Source of the DNA: Epiperipatus broadwayi | Taxonomy: Eukaryota > Animalia > Onychophora | Direction: 5' to 3' | DNA: 64,000 nt | NCBI GenBank assembly: GCA_028023455.1 | Contig: JAQFVV010000005.1 | Coordinates: 16,864,001 to 16,928,000 of the forward strand | In this document: piece after piece, positions 12,160 to 24,800 of the stretch | How the letters are laid out: the number at the start of each line of letters is the position of its first letter | Position numbering within the stretch: the stretch's first letter is position 1 | Position numbers and translations under genes: made by a program | Notes under the pieces: model-generated | Databases searched by the model: none | What the model was told of the DNA's origin: nothing | The model's input: the letters and a program-made list of their open reading frames with translations, nothing else

Positions 12160-12903
12160 TACAGACATTCTTATCATCAGATTCTATCATCAGATTTTCA
12201 ATGGTATAGATAACTTAAGAGTTGGAGATTGGAGTAGATTGAAGCCTATCCATTAAAGTATAAAGAGTTGCTATCTTAATATAAACTGAACACTAATTAT
12301 ATATATATTTATATATATATATATGGGAGATGATAATCTGGACCAAATGATGAGTGCTGGTTCAACACAAAATATGTATATTGGTGATTATTTATCTTTT
12401 CTATATGTGTGTGGTCGTGTGTATCAGTAGTATGAGATAGTGTGGATAGTTGAAAGTTTCTTGAAAGTCTGAGTTCAAATCCCATATATTTACAATTAAG
12501 TTCCAGGTATAATGCCTGTATTTCAAATCTTATACCTTAAGCCTACATTCTACCCATCCCTCTTCTATGTATTTAAATGGATACTGTCCTATATATGAGG
12601 GGTCAGAGTGACTTCAGATCAACAGGGGCATAACAACAATATTGGCATCAGAATAGGATTTGGGCATTCTATCATCAGATTTTCAATAGTGTGGGGGTCT
12701 GAAGAGTTGGAGATTGGAATAGATTGAAGCCTGTCCATTAAAGCATAAAGATTTGCTATCTTAATATAAACTGAGCATTGATTATATATATGTGGGGGGA
12801 AATGATAATCTGGACCAACTGATGAGTGCTGGTTCAGCACGAAATACATATATTGGTGATTATGTATCTTTTCTACATGTGCGTGGTCATGTGTTATTAT
12901 AAT
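12160..12903 (+). mobile_element. Family X tandem array (~1.6 monomers)
   Basis: HHR cores at 12347 (C3>A, G12>A) and 12819 (intact), spacing 472 nt. Confidence 0.85.
12805..12863 (+). ncRNA. Structurally complete type I hammerhead ribozyme (family X)
   Basis: ATAATC-[TGG]-ACCAA CTGATGA GTGCTG-GTT-CAGCAC GAAA TACATATA TTGGT-GATTAT; canonical G10.1-C11.1; predicted cut after A12852. Confidence 0.9.
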
Positions 12904-13260
12904 AGGTTTAAATTGACTAGTATAAATTTTGTAACAAAACACTTTATATTATTATATTTTTTCTTCTATAATAATCATAAATTATTTAATATAATGAATT
13001 TATATTTCAAAGACCCAAATCACTGCAGTCATTAAGAACATAATTGAAATTTGAGAATAAATGTTTGTTTTATTGTTTTGACTCATATTTACTTGCTTGA
13101 TTGATTTATTATCAATATTTCTCTATCCTATAAAATAATCAAGGTAATCTGTTAAAATTTCAGGATTTGTAAAATGTTCCGTCATATGAAAAGTTTGGAA
13201 ACACACCTAGAGTTTGTAAAATGATAGGAAAAGAAAATAATAAAATATAATTGATAACTG

Positions 13261-13517
13261 AAATCCAGGCTTATCATATACCTGTATCAATATATTTAAT
13301 ATAGAGGGTATATGAGCGCAGACTTTCACCCAACCCACCACTCTCCACTCCATCTCATAACACTGATTCACTTGAACACATATATGTCGAAAAGATTTGG
13401 TGCTTATTTATCTGTTCGACATATATGTGTTCAAATATCCCAGTATTATGAGATGGGGTAGAGAGTGGTGGGTTGTGTGAAAGTCTGCGCTCATATACCC
13501 TCTATATTAAATATATA
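13261..13517. mobile_element. Family X fold-back copy
   Basis: Inverted arm 13261-13396 joined to a forward segment starting TTGGTG at 13397. Confidence 0.85.
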
Positions 13518-13519
13518 AC

Positions 13520-14480
13520 TGGTAACTGGCAATGAAAGCTATAGAAAAGTATAAAGTACAAAAGAACATATTGATATTGAGAGGAAAATTATTTCCGCAA
13601 TAAGAAAAAAAGAAACTATTACTAAGAAGAGAGATTATGTCGTAAAATGTGTGGGAGGGTTTTATAAAGAATTACACAACAGTAAAGAACAAGAAAGCAA
13701 AGAATTGCCTGTAGTTATTATCTCCTTGCCCAGCATATGAAATGAGGAAGTGAGATTAAATTTATGAGAAGGGGAAAGCTCCAGAAAGTGATGGAATTAT
13801 AATTGATATCTTAAAAATAATAAGTGAAAAAAATATTGGCAAAGTAATAAAATACACAGAGAGCAGTGAAATAATGCAGTAATTCTTCAGGAAATGTTGT
13901 AAGAGTTACCAGATGAATATAAGAATGTAGGACTAAAAGTAAGTGCTAAAATGACTAAAATAACATTTAATGAAAAAAATAAAGATTAATAATTATTAAT
14001 TGGAACAAATTAATAATTACAAATATATTAGTCATTTTACAAGTACAGCAAAAAATATAATTAAACTTGAATGGAGTGTCTTTGATAGAAATAAGTCAAT
14101 ATTAAAAGGAAATATGCCTATGTGTTTAAAAAGGAAGATTTTTAAAAAGATATGTTTTACTTATTCTTAATTATGGTTCTGAGATTTGGACACTTAACAA
14201 GAACAATATACAGATTTCAAAACACTCAATATATTGAGTAACAAAATGATATTGAAAATGAAATAATGGGTGAAAGAAGTATCAGGTAATATTGATATTA
14301 TTAAAAGAATTAATAGATTAAGATGGAGATAGACTGGACATATTGTTAGAAAAGATCATACTTGATGGAAATTTGAAGGCTTAAATTTGATCTCAAGAGA
14401 TTATACAAGACCTAAAACGAGACTAGAAATTAGATGAATAAAATAAGGATCCTTGATGATGTGTTGTGGAGAAGACCTGA
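13520..14480 (+). mobile_element. Heavily decayed RTE LINE with internal deletions
   Basis: Homology to the other RTE copies (aaacttgaatggagtgtctttgatagaaat; YGSEIWTL; RW.WTGHIVR). Confidence 0.8.
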
Positions 14481-14629
14481 AAAGATCTTAATATTTTTTT
14501 GAAGGTTTGTGATGTCCGTGTTTTAGTTGTATTTATATATTGGTTTATTTCAATCATCTAATATAAGTATTGAATGTTTTTTTAAAAAAAATTAATTTAA
14601 ATATTTCAAATACATTCAACTGTCATATG

Positions 14630-14672
14630 CACAATGTTTTGAGAGATATTAGTCTCCCCTCTTCTTCAGGTG
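14630..14672 (-). ncRNA. Decayed Penelope-type minimal HHR (family W)
   Basis: CAC CTGAAGA agaggggagactaatatctctc AAAACATT GTG; other copies read AAAATGTTGTG (15413) and GAAACATTGTG (16228), implying ancestral GAAACGTTGTG. Confidence 0.55.
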
Positions 14673-14697
14673 TTGCTGGCCTGACCAGTGACAGTAC

Positions 14698-14780
14698 TGG
14701 CATGGGATTTGAACCTGGACCCTTAGATTCTTGAGTATTGAATTTTAAAATAACGCTCTAACCAACTGAGCCATCCTGCC
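14698..14780 (-). pseudogene. tRNA-Phe-like Pol III head with AT-rich insertion (mirror copy ~15275-15355, +)
   Basis: GCTCAGTTGGTTAGAGCGTTA[insert]CTCAAGAATCTAAGGGTCCAGGTTCAAATCCC versus metazoan tRNA-Phe GCTCAGTTGGGAGAGCGTTAGACTGAAGATCTAAAGGTCCCTGGTTCGATCCC; A and B boxes present, acceptor stem broken. Confidence 0.7.
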
Positions 14781-15779
14781 AAAGGCAACAGTCAGTAGAA
14801 ATTTAATATACCTATCTATGAGGTTCCTCCTGATTTCTCAACTTTTTCTTAAGAGCAAAGTTGATTTGTGGTTTCTATACATTATGTATAGTCACACTAG
14901 ATTAGCTTATGGGATTGTTTGCCATTGTCATGTAAACAGCTTCTTTAAATTTTCTTCTTTATACCTTATCCAATATTTTCGTATATTCCCAATTGGTACA
15001 TACATGGTCTGCTATCTTAGACACATCTGTCTTCTCTCTATCTAATCATGTTCAATTGGGAAAATACAAAAATATTGGATAGAGAAGAAAGGTACAAAGA
15101 AAAAAATTTAAAGATACTGTTCACATTACAATGGTAAACAACTTCATAAGTCAACCTAGCATGAATATACATAATGTATGAAAACCACTAATGCGCTTTG
15201 CTCTTAGGAAAAAGTGAAGAAATCAGTAAGAACCTCATGCATAAGTATATGAAATTAGTGTACTGACGATCATCTTGGGACCACTCAGTTGGTTAGAACC
15301 ATACCTTAAAATTCAATATTTAAGAATCTAAGGGTCCAGGTTTGATTCCCAAGCTTTACTGCCACTGGTCAGACTAGCAACACCTGTAGAAGAGTGAAGA
15401 CTAATACTATGCAAAATGTTGTGCATATATTAACCTGTATTCTATTACTAATCATTGAGTGTATTTGGAGTATTTAAATAAAGTTAAATTTTTCTAACAA
15501 CATTCAATACTTATATTAGATGGTGGGAATCATTCAATATATAAATACTATTGAAGAGATCTTTATCCCAAAGTGAATTGATAATGGTTAAACATGCAGA
15601 TGATGATGATGTATGTTTATAGCATTAATTTAAACTTCATTACCGAGTCTATAATAAGTGACTACTTTGAGCGGCCACTGTCTTGTTACAGTTTATTCAC
15701 TGTACTTGATTGGTTGCTTAACATAATCACTTATTATGTAAATATATCAAACATTTGTCTAAACATGTGTGATGGTGAT

Positions 15780-16790
15780 GTATTTCTAATACTTAATTAA
15801 ATTGTTAAATGTTTATAGAAAATCCATACAGATTAGAATATCACAGACTAGTGTTATTCTCTTCTGACCTGATGAGTGACAGTACAAGGATGGGAATCAA
15901 ACAAGTACTTTTTATATTCATGATTGCTGAATTTACGATGATGCTCTAGCCAACTGATAAAGGCAACAATCAGTATCAAAGTTAATGGGTGGTCCCCAAA
16001 CACTAAACTTATCTTTAGAATAAAAATATAGAAAAATTGGTAAGACCCTCATAGATAAGTATATAAGTTTATACTGATAATTGCCTTTAATAGAATGGCC
16101 CAATTGGTTACAGCATCACTTTAAATTCAGTAACCATGATTCTAAATACCACCAATTTGATTCCTATGCTAGTACTTTCTCTGATCATTCCACTAATTCT
16201 GAAAAAGAGAGGAGAATAAGACAAGTAGAAACATTGTGTTATTAACATTAATAATCAAATGGGTTTAATGCTCTGAAATTCATAAGACTGAAAGTGCTAC
16301 TGTCACTGCACTAAAACATACAGGATTGTGGATTATTACTAGCAGTTGAAATGCATTCAGAAAAATATAAATTTTGAAATTTTTCTAATAATTAAATTGA
16401 TGATATATGCTTTGAAGAGTTCTATAACAATCAGTATGAGTCATTGATTCTACTGAATCTTGCAACAATAGGTTTTAGCAATTATCTTTGCTAGCATTGA
16501 ATTTACAATTATAAGAGCAATTCTTTGTGCATTATTACTCCAAGAGACTGATTCTAAGTTGGAAAAGAATGCACAGAACTGATTCCGGAAGAACATTAAA
16601 TATAAACTGAGAATATCACATAATGGTTGATTAGTAAAGACCATTTTAGGCTCAACTCAGGTCACTGAAATATATCCTATTGCCTAATATCAGAGTCATA
16701 TTTGGACTATTTAAATAAATTTTTCTAAAGACATTCAATACTCTAATTAGATGATGAAAAAATCCAATATATAAATACAAATATATCTAT
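15780..16790. mobile_element. Older, more diverged family W palindromic copy
   Basis: 15800-16000 resembles the left arm; 16020-16250 and 16690-16790 resemble the right arm and terminus (cattcaatac..ttagatg..caatatataaatac). Confidence 0.55.
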
Positions 16791-16869
16791 TAGAAGCTGT
16801 ATTTCATTCAAAACATTAGGATGTTTTTTTTAATTTCAAACTACTCTAGCTTCTTAGTATAAGAAAGTT

Positions 16870-17690
16870 AAATGTGGTAGCTAGATATAAAGCATTACTT
16901 CCAAAGCTGATCACTGAAGAGGACCTCAAACAAAAAATTATGTTGAAGATTCTCCTACAGATTGTCTAATGATAACCACTGGACTACTTGAGTATGCAAT
17001 AGAAAACTCGAGAATGAATAGAACTAAAAGGCAACTCATATTAAAAAGTGTGATTGTACTTTACAGCTTTAAATTATTTAAACATATATATTGTGTCTGT
17101 AAAAATTAATAGAAGAAAAACAAAGGAATTTGAAAAGAAAGATCAGATGGACAAAATATGGATGGATGAAGAAAAATTAGAACACATCACCGCTTTTAAA
17201 TACTTGGGAAGTTTAATAACATCATATACAAGAAGTAGAAGAGATATAAACAGTAAAATTGCATAAACTAAAAAAGGTTTTAGCAATAAATGAAAATGAT
17301 AACAATTAAAAATAAATATACATCTCTTTATACCAAAAAAAACACTTCATCAAGAGCTATCTGGAGTGTGACCATATGTGGTTCAAATATATGGGCATTG
17401 TTAGAACTGAAAAATATAAATTACAAAGCTTTAAAATGTGATATTGCTGCTGAATGATAAAAGCACAATGAGCAATCATTATAAACAATGAGGGAGCGTT
17501 GATTATGATTGGAGAAAATAGAAACAATTTAGAAATCATTGCTCAAACTAGAACGGTATGGTCGGTCATGTGATGAGATATTTAAAATGATGTATACTAG
17601 TGCTGGGAGAAATGATGGAAGAAAGGCCAGCTTAAAAAGGAGACCTTGTACGGAAGATATGGATTCAGAAGAAAATGGTTTGCTGAATAA
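16870..17690 (+). mobile_element. Decayed RTE-type LINE 3' half (second family)
   Basis: FKYLGSLIT..DINSKIA, then degenerate IWSV..YGS.xW motif. Confidence 0.7.
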
Positions 17691-17975
17691 CTAGGCATAC
17701 ATATATGTATGTGCAAACATATATTAACATCTTTTTCGTATTCATCTATTTGATTAAAATGACAAATTTCTTTCTCCTATTTTTTAAAAAACTCTTTCTT
17801 TTTAAATAGCCTTTTCCGACATCACTAGCCGACAACTTTCAACAACAAACAATTTAACTTGGGGGGAAAGATATCAAAACTCGAAAAAACATTCTTTTTT
17901 TTTTTTTTTTACTGAAATTCACATTAAAATCTATCTTTCAAGAAAAAAAACTGGACGATTCATTTAGTAAAGTGT

Positions 17976-18066
17976 TTCTTGACATACAATGCTCGGAGAA
18001 GGAGGGATAATCTAAATGAAATGTTTTTTGACATACAGCACTCGTAGAAAGAGTGATAACCTAAAT
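17976..18066. repeat. ~49-bp tandem duplication
   Basis: tgacatacaatgctcggagaaggagggataatctaaat versus tgacatacagcactcgtagaaagagtgataacctaaat. Confidence 0.7.
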
Positions 18067-19494
18067 CGACAATAAAAAAAACTTCCAATCTGAAAAACTT
18101 GAAACGATGATCATATTATTGATTTTCATTAAATACTCATTTCCAAAGTCTTCTCAATTTATTACTATTAAAGGAACTTTTTTGATTAGATATTAAAATG
18201 AAATATTCAATTTCCATCAGATTCTATGATTACTTTTAAACACGATATTTTTAAAAAGAGAGAGAAAGAACAAAAATGAGATTTATGTTACTTTTTTTTT
18301 TTTTTACAAAGAAAGACATTTTATTATTATTATTAGCAATTATGTTGATTCGAGTAATTTAAACTTCTGAAAAAACGACGAACAAAAAAAAAAAAACCTG
18401 TTTTTTAAAAAGCTAATAAATTATTTTACTAGCTTCATTGGGATATTAACAGAGTCAATTTCAGAAATATTATTAATTACCGTAATTAAAGTGAATTTAG
18501 AGAAGATAAAAAAATAGAATAAAGATCGTATTCGTGAAGTTGATGATAAAATATTGATGAAAATGAAGAGGAAAAAACTATGAATGAGATAGAAAAAAAA
18601 ATGATAAAGAAAATTACAACAGAAAATGTGAAGAAATTAAATAAGCATTCAGATTAATGTTAAAGAGAACAAAAGTAGACATTATGAAATATAAAAGACT
18701 TGTTGAAGACTATAAAGAGAATTACATTTATGGAGATAATAATAATAAAAATTTGATGATAGAAAGAGTAAATATAAATGTTTAAAAATTAATTGAAATT
18801 TAATAAAATAGAATATTAATGAAAACAAAATATGGCACTAAAACATCGCAATAAATACAAATACTGAATATGGCATGAGATTAAATTCTGGGGCTCAAGG
18901 TCCATGGGTTGCTGCGGAACCCAACTTAAGAATTCCTCAGCAATAAACCATTCGATTATTAATAATTTTTAAGAGATTAAAATAAATATAAAATGTTTCA
19001 ACTGATGGAGATATCTAGGGATACAATAAACTTGATGAAATGAGCAGAATAAAACAAGCAATTAATAAATAAAATGGAATAGGATAAAGATGAAAAATGG
19101 TGAAAATAAAAATTATAACATTAATGATAATAAACATTTCAGATAATAAAAATAATGATAGAAAATCATTAACAAAAACGAAATTAAATTAATTGTAAAA
19201 ACAAAAGTCCTAATAATAAATCATTTCAGCTAACAAAGATAATCTCTATAATAGCAAACTAATATAAATGGTGAAAATGAAAAAGATAATAAAAATAAAT
19301 AAAATGAAATTTAGAAAATATAATAAAAATAAGATTACAATAAAAATGAAAATAATTAAGATAATAAATAAAATTAATGATATCAACAATTATAAAAAGT
19401 ATGCAAAGATGATGATGATGATAATAATAATAATAGAAATATGATGAGAAAAATAATAAAAATAAATATACTGAAAGTGGAAGTAATAAATCAA

Positions 19495-19965
19495 TACCAG
19501 GATATTGTAAATACTGATCTTTAAGATGTAATTAAAGGGAATTTGAATACAGACTTTCAAGCTTTCTTCAGCTATCCACTCCATATTATATAACCGATAC
19601 ATATAACCATTCACATGTGAAAAAAATAAATGATATCCAATATATGTATTTCATGCTGAACTAGCACTCATCAGTTGAATCATATCAACACCTCTCACAC
19701 ACACATATATATAATCCAATGCTCAGTTTATATAAAGATAGCAAATCTTTAAAGTTTGAAGATTTGCTATCTTAATATAAACTGAGCATTGATTATATTG
19801 ATGTGTGAGAGGTGATGATCAGGACCAACTGATAAGTGCTGTGCATGAAATACGATTATTGGAGATCTTTTTTTTTTACATGTGTCTGGTCATGTGTATC
19901 GGTTATATGAAATGGAATGGATAGCTGAAGAAAGTTTGAAAGTCTGAGTTCAAATCTCTTTAATG
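19495..19965. mobile_element. Family X fold-back palindrome with HHR on both strands
   Basis: Arms ~19531-19749 and 19759-19965; left arm extends ~35 nt further; cores at 19674-19668 (-) and 19829 (+, G8>A). Confidence 0.85.
19636..19680 (-). ncRNA. Hammerhead ribozyme with intact core (family X)
   Basis: TTCAA CTGATGA GTGCT-AGTTC-AGCAT GAAA TACATATA TTGGA. Confidence 0.75.
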
Positions 19966-20540
19966 AAAGAGGGAGATAAAAAAATTGAAAATAATTAAAA
20001 ATAAAAATAATGATAATATAAAGATGAAAACACAATATAATGGAAATGATAATCAAAATGATAAGAAAGATAAAATGATTGACATACAAAGAAAAAAGTA
20101 ATAATGATTATTGAATTACTGAAATTAATCATTGCAAAATAATGATAATATCAAGAATGAAATTTAAAAAATAAAAAATAATAATAATAAATATAATAAG
20201 ATTAATAACAATAACAATTATGATGAGAAAGATGCTGAAAATGAAAATAATAAAGAAAATGGAATTGAAAAATCTTATCAAAATTAAACAAAGTAAGAGT
20301 TATGATAAATGCAACATGAATGAATAATCACTATGATGAAAAAACTCCTGAAAATGAAGATAATGATTAAAGAAAATGAAAGTAAGAAATATTAGCAAAA
20401 TTTAAAAAAAAGGATGATAAATAATAAAGCTGAATATTATAAGCAAATGCTGCTCTCTACTCTGTACTATCTAGAGTAAGTTTCGAACAATGATTACCAG
20501 ATGGACATGCATTTAAAACTCCATTCTCAAACTGGCTGCA

Positions 20541-20576
20541 TGATTATTCAAGTTTACAATAGATGGCGCTAGAGTA
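20541..20576 (+). promoter_or_regulatory. Bipartite CTCF-like motif copy
   Basis: TGATTATTCAAGTTTACAATAGATGGCGCTAGAGTA. Confidence 0.45.
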
Positions 20577-20755
20577 AAGCTACTCTTGTTTATAATTTAC
20601 TGCAGTACAGTAAAGAATCAAACGGTGTTTTAAAAAGCAATAAAACTGATGAAAATAATCCTTCTCATTTAGAAATGGTAAAATATAATAAAATCAAAGA
20701 TGGATATAAATTTTAGCATACCCACAAGCATTCTGGGGGGGGGGGAGAGTAAACC

Positions 20756-20829
20756 ATCTGTCATGTAGTGAATTGAATTTCAGAAGCCCTTAATTCATAA
20801 GTTCACCATTCTACCACTATGCTAAACTG
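20756..20829 (-). mobile_element. Old tRNA-derived SINE-like head
   Basis: Minus strand agcatagtggtagaatgg...gaaattcaattcac resembles A and B boxes; a similar head lies at ~31108-31170 (+). Confidence 0.35.
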
Positions 20830-21253
20830 TTACACACATATATAATTCTAAGCATAAAATTGGAACTGTGCAAAAGATATTTATTCTTTTCATGTAAAGT
20901 AAAATAATAAAATTCTTCTATTTTCAAGCCTACTTTATAATCCATCTAATTTTTAATAAGAAACTACATTTAATGAAACCAACAAAACATCACATGTTCT
21001 CAGCTTTTTTCAATGCTTTTCAATAGCATTTTTTCTCTCGTTCCAGTTGCACTTTCTAGTGTAAACTTGAGAAATTAATATAAGTTAGATAATGGTGTTT
21101 AATAAATCTTTCGAAAATTAGATACAAAAAAATCCAAATGCAATAAGCTAAGATCCAAAACTCCTTACTGGTGAAAGCTTTAAGCTAGAAACTAGTCCAG
21201 AGATAGACCAATAGTAGATAGAAATTTATTAAGCACAACTATATGGCATCTAC

Positions 21254-21282
21254 TGATTATTTAAGATCACACTAGATGGCAG
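21254..21282 (+). promoter_or_regulatory. Bipartite CTCF-like motif copy
   Basis: TGATTATTTAAGATCACACTAGATGGCAG, same spacing; core CACTAGATGGCAG. Confidence 0.45.
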
Positions 21283-21876
21283 AACTAGAGTAGGAAAAAT
21301 AGATTTACTATTGAAAACTCAGCTAATCTCAGTTAAAAGATATTAGGCATCTGAAAAAAAAAAAGTTTTTTGTTTTAAGCCCAGAAGTAAAAGTCACCAT
21401 CTCAGCTTGTGTATATTTGTAGCAGCCCATCCATCCCTCTTTCTTTTTTTGAAATGGCCCATTAATTCCAATATATAAATTCTTAATATTATTTTTCCTT
21501 ATAAATCTTGTTTTATTTTGTGAACTTTTGTTTTCCTATATCTACATATATAGTGTATTATATTCTCCACCTATGTTTCAACTATTTTCTATAATCATTT
21601 TCAAGATTTATATTATACATATATATATAGAATTACATTTACAATTTAGATATTCACAAAAATTCATATTAACAATAACATAAAAATTCACTCAAGTAAA
21701 TTTAGAGTATATTTTCTAAAACCAAAATAATTATTTTATATATAATTTTAAAAAGATAAACAGAATTATATATATATGTATAATATTTTTGTTTTAAAAT
21801 TATACTTATAAATTGGGTAAATTTAGTCTTATTCTCATTATGGAATCTTGCAAACATATAATAAACTATAAATTAT

Positions 21877-24800
21877 TATCATCATCTCCATTTTCAACTA
21901 TTATTGATCCAGCACAGAACAATGATCTCCCCAAGTTTAATCCAGTTTCTCTGATCGCTAACCCTTCATCTCAATATCTTACCAGAAAACCTTATTTCAT
22001 TCATTTATCTCACATGTGGTCACTTTCTAGATCTTTACAATCTCTTGGCATTCAACTGAAGACTTCAACTATTCATCTATTATCTCTTCTAATCGTTACG
22101 TTAAGCCCAACTCCATTTCAGTTTCTTAATTCTTTCAATGATATCACTAATACCCATTTATTTTCTCAACTATGTATTTTGTTTTCAATCTTTTATAAAT
22201 TGCTCTTCTGTTAAGTGTCCAAGATTCACATCCATAAGCAAGAACCAATAAAACTCATCTAGTAAAAACCTTTCTCAAGCACATAAACACATTTCCTTTT
22301 AATATAAAATTACTTCTACCAAAAGCACTCCATTCAAGCTTAATTCTATGATTAATTTCATCTATTATGTTTCTACCTGCAATAATAATCCGACCAAAGT
22401 ATTTGTAATTGTTAATTCCTTCTATCTTGTGATTATCATTCATTATTTTCTTCTAAAATAATCCACTAATAAACATTATTTTAATGTTTTTATTTTTAAT
22501 CCTACTTTATTTTCATCTGATAATTCTTGCAACATTTCCTGAAGTTCTGAAACATTCTTTTCAAAAATAACTGCATCATCTGCAAATCTAGATGACTCAA
22601 ATATTTTCACTTAGCCTCCATTTTAATACAGGAAATATTTTTTTGTCAAAAATCTGTAGTTATGGAATCATCCTGTCATTCATTCTTCTGTATTAATCTT
22701 TTTAGTATCACTATGTTATATATTCATTGTTGTTGCATTTTTATAAATATTCTTCAGAATATGACAATATCCTGGGTCTCTACCTTGATGATCCAATGTT
22801 TTAATCACTGAAGAAATGCTTAGAGAATCAAATGCCTTTCCATAATCTACAAATCTAAAACATAACTCATATTCATTGGTTCTTTCTAGAACTTGAATGT
22901 AACTCACTGTGATAAAACTACTTTTAAATCCACTTTGTTCTCTTGATTAGTTAAAATCCAAAATTTATTATAGATGAGTTGTAATTATCTTAATCAATAG
23001 TTTGTATAGAACCAATAGAAGGCTGATAGCCCTGTAATATCTAATATCACCTTTCATAAATAGCAATATTACTATTGCATTCTTTCAATCATTTATTATA
23101 TCTTTACCATCTAAACATTTTGTATATAATTTTGCCAATAATTTTTCTATTTCTTCACCCACTTCTTTTAAAATATCAATGATAATTCTACTATTTTTTG
23201 AAGATTCACCTTCTTCATATAGTTAATTGCATATCTCACCACTTCATTTAAATACTTGGATATTCAGAAGATGTAATAATTGTAAGAAATATTTTTATTT
23301 TATTATTATAAACTTCTTCACACATTCATGATGCCCTCACATTTTTCTAAAGACTACATCTTTTTATTACTGAAACAATTTTATTTCCAATATCAAAATG
23401 CTGTTTACACTTTTGAAATTTCTATTTTTGTCGAAATGTTTTTTGTCATTTCACAATTATATTTTTTTAATCCTTATTAACTCTTTCTTGTACCATTTTA
23501 TAAAACTCTAGATATTCAATTCTTCTTAATAGATCATTTTAAAATATTTTTATATCCCTTCTTTTTTTTCATATATAGTTTTATCTCAATAGAAAGTGTA
23601 TTACATTGGGTTTTTTTTTCTGTACCAGTTATCTTCATTGCAGTTCTTAATAATATATTTGTTATTTTCTTAATGATTTCAAAATCAATTAATATTTTAA
23701 AACGATTTGCAAATTCTAATTTAAATTCATTGAAGTATTTCTAAAGATTAATAATATCAATTGTTAATACTATTTATTAATAGTTTTCATCTCTCTAGTT
23801 TGACATTAATCCTTAACTTACATCTTATTAATTAATGTTCACTTCCGGTGTTGAATCTGTTAAGATGATTACAGTCTGATATACATATTTTCTATTACTC
23901 AAAATATAATCTAATTCTGTTATTGCTTCATTTAGAATCTTCCATGTCCATTTTTCTCAAAGAAAGAATTCATAGTATAGTTTTTCTTTATCTGCAAACT
24001 ACCCACAGCTCTTTCATCTTTCAATTGTTTACAAATTATAGCATTAAAATCTCTCATGACAATTCTAAAATGTTGTTTGGTCTCATCAAAAACCTTTTGT
24101 ATATCCATAAAAAATTCCTCTACTTTTTCATCACAATGAGGCTTGTTGGAATGAAGCTGAATTATCCACATTTGGTATCTATCATTAAGTTGAATAACTA
24201 ATCTTGCTCTCTGTCTGATATATCATCAATTTCCACAATGTGGTTATTCAACTTTTTATTTATAATGATCCTACTCCACTTGTGCTTCCAATGTTTGGGC
24301 TTTTGTAATATAGAATTGCAAATATAAATTTTATGTAAACCCAACAATCACCATATGTCCCCAATTCATACTTTTATAAAGAAAAGTCACTTCTATTTCT
24401 GTTTCTGCCATTTAGTATAAGTTTTAATAACAACATATACCAGATGGTACTGAATTTCTATCCACTAAAGCAGGGGTGGGCAATTGTTTTTGTTCAGGGG
24501 CAGCAGAGATTGGCAGAGGGCCGCATCAGGGGCCACTTTGTGGAAGTGAAGGTTAGTGTAAAGCTGCATCTTTTTTCATGACACAATAAACATACTGCTT
24601 TACATACTGCTTTATTCCCTGTATTACCAAAGAAATATTTATTTCTCCATTCTTCATTAAACATACGACATTCATCACCGATTTTACATTTTCGGAGGGT
24701 TCATGGTTTCACTAAAGTTGGAAATGTATATATTTGCTAATGCAAAGACAAAATTAAAATTAACCAGATCAATTGGAAAAGTCCTGCACATCATATCTAC

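Larger units (their letters stand above)
14529..15548. mobile_element. Family W: ~1-kb diverged palindrome with a tRNA-like head and decayed HHR in each arm
   Basis: Arms 14529-14995 and 15053-15548 align as inverted repeats around a 57-bp spacer. Confidence 0.8.
18480..20440. repeat. A-rich low-complexity tract (AAT/GAT/AAAATG-rich) hosting a family X insertion
   Basis: Strong purine skew and short degenerate repeats, no ORF. Confidence 0.6.

Noticed and set aside
12440-12483. Possible Pol III A/B boxes inside family X (GAGTTCAAATCCC)
   Set aside because: The B box is absent from the 4.4-5.4 kb and 13.3 kb subfamily and the A box is poor
13254-13521. ATAACTG as TSD of the 13.3-kb fold-back
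   Set aside because: The left copy is part of the family X sequence itself
19925-19950. Second HHR-like string CTGAAGA-AAGTTT-GAAA in family X
   Set aside because: No stem II and the core is not conserved in the 12445 and 40190 copies
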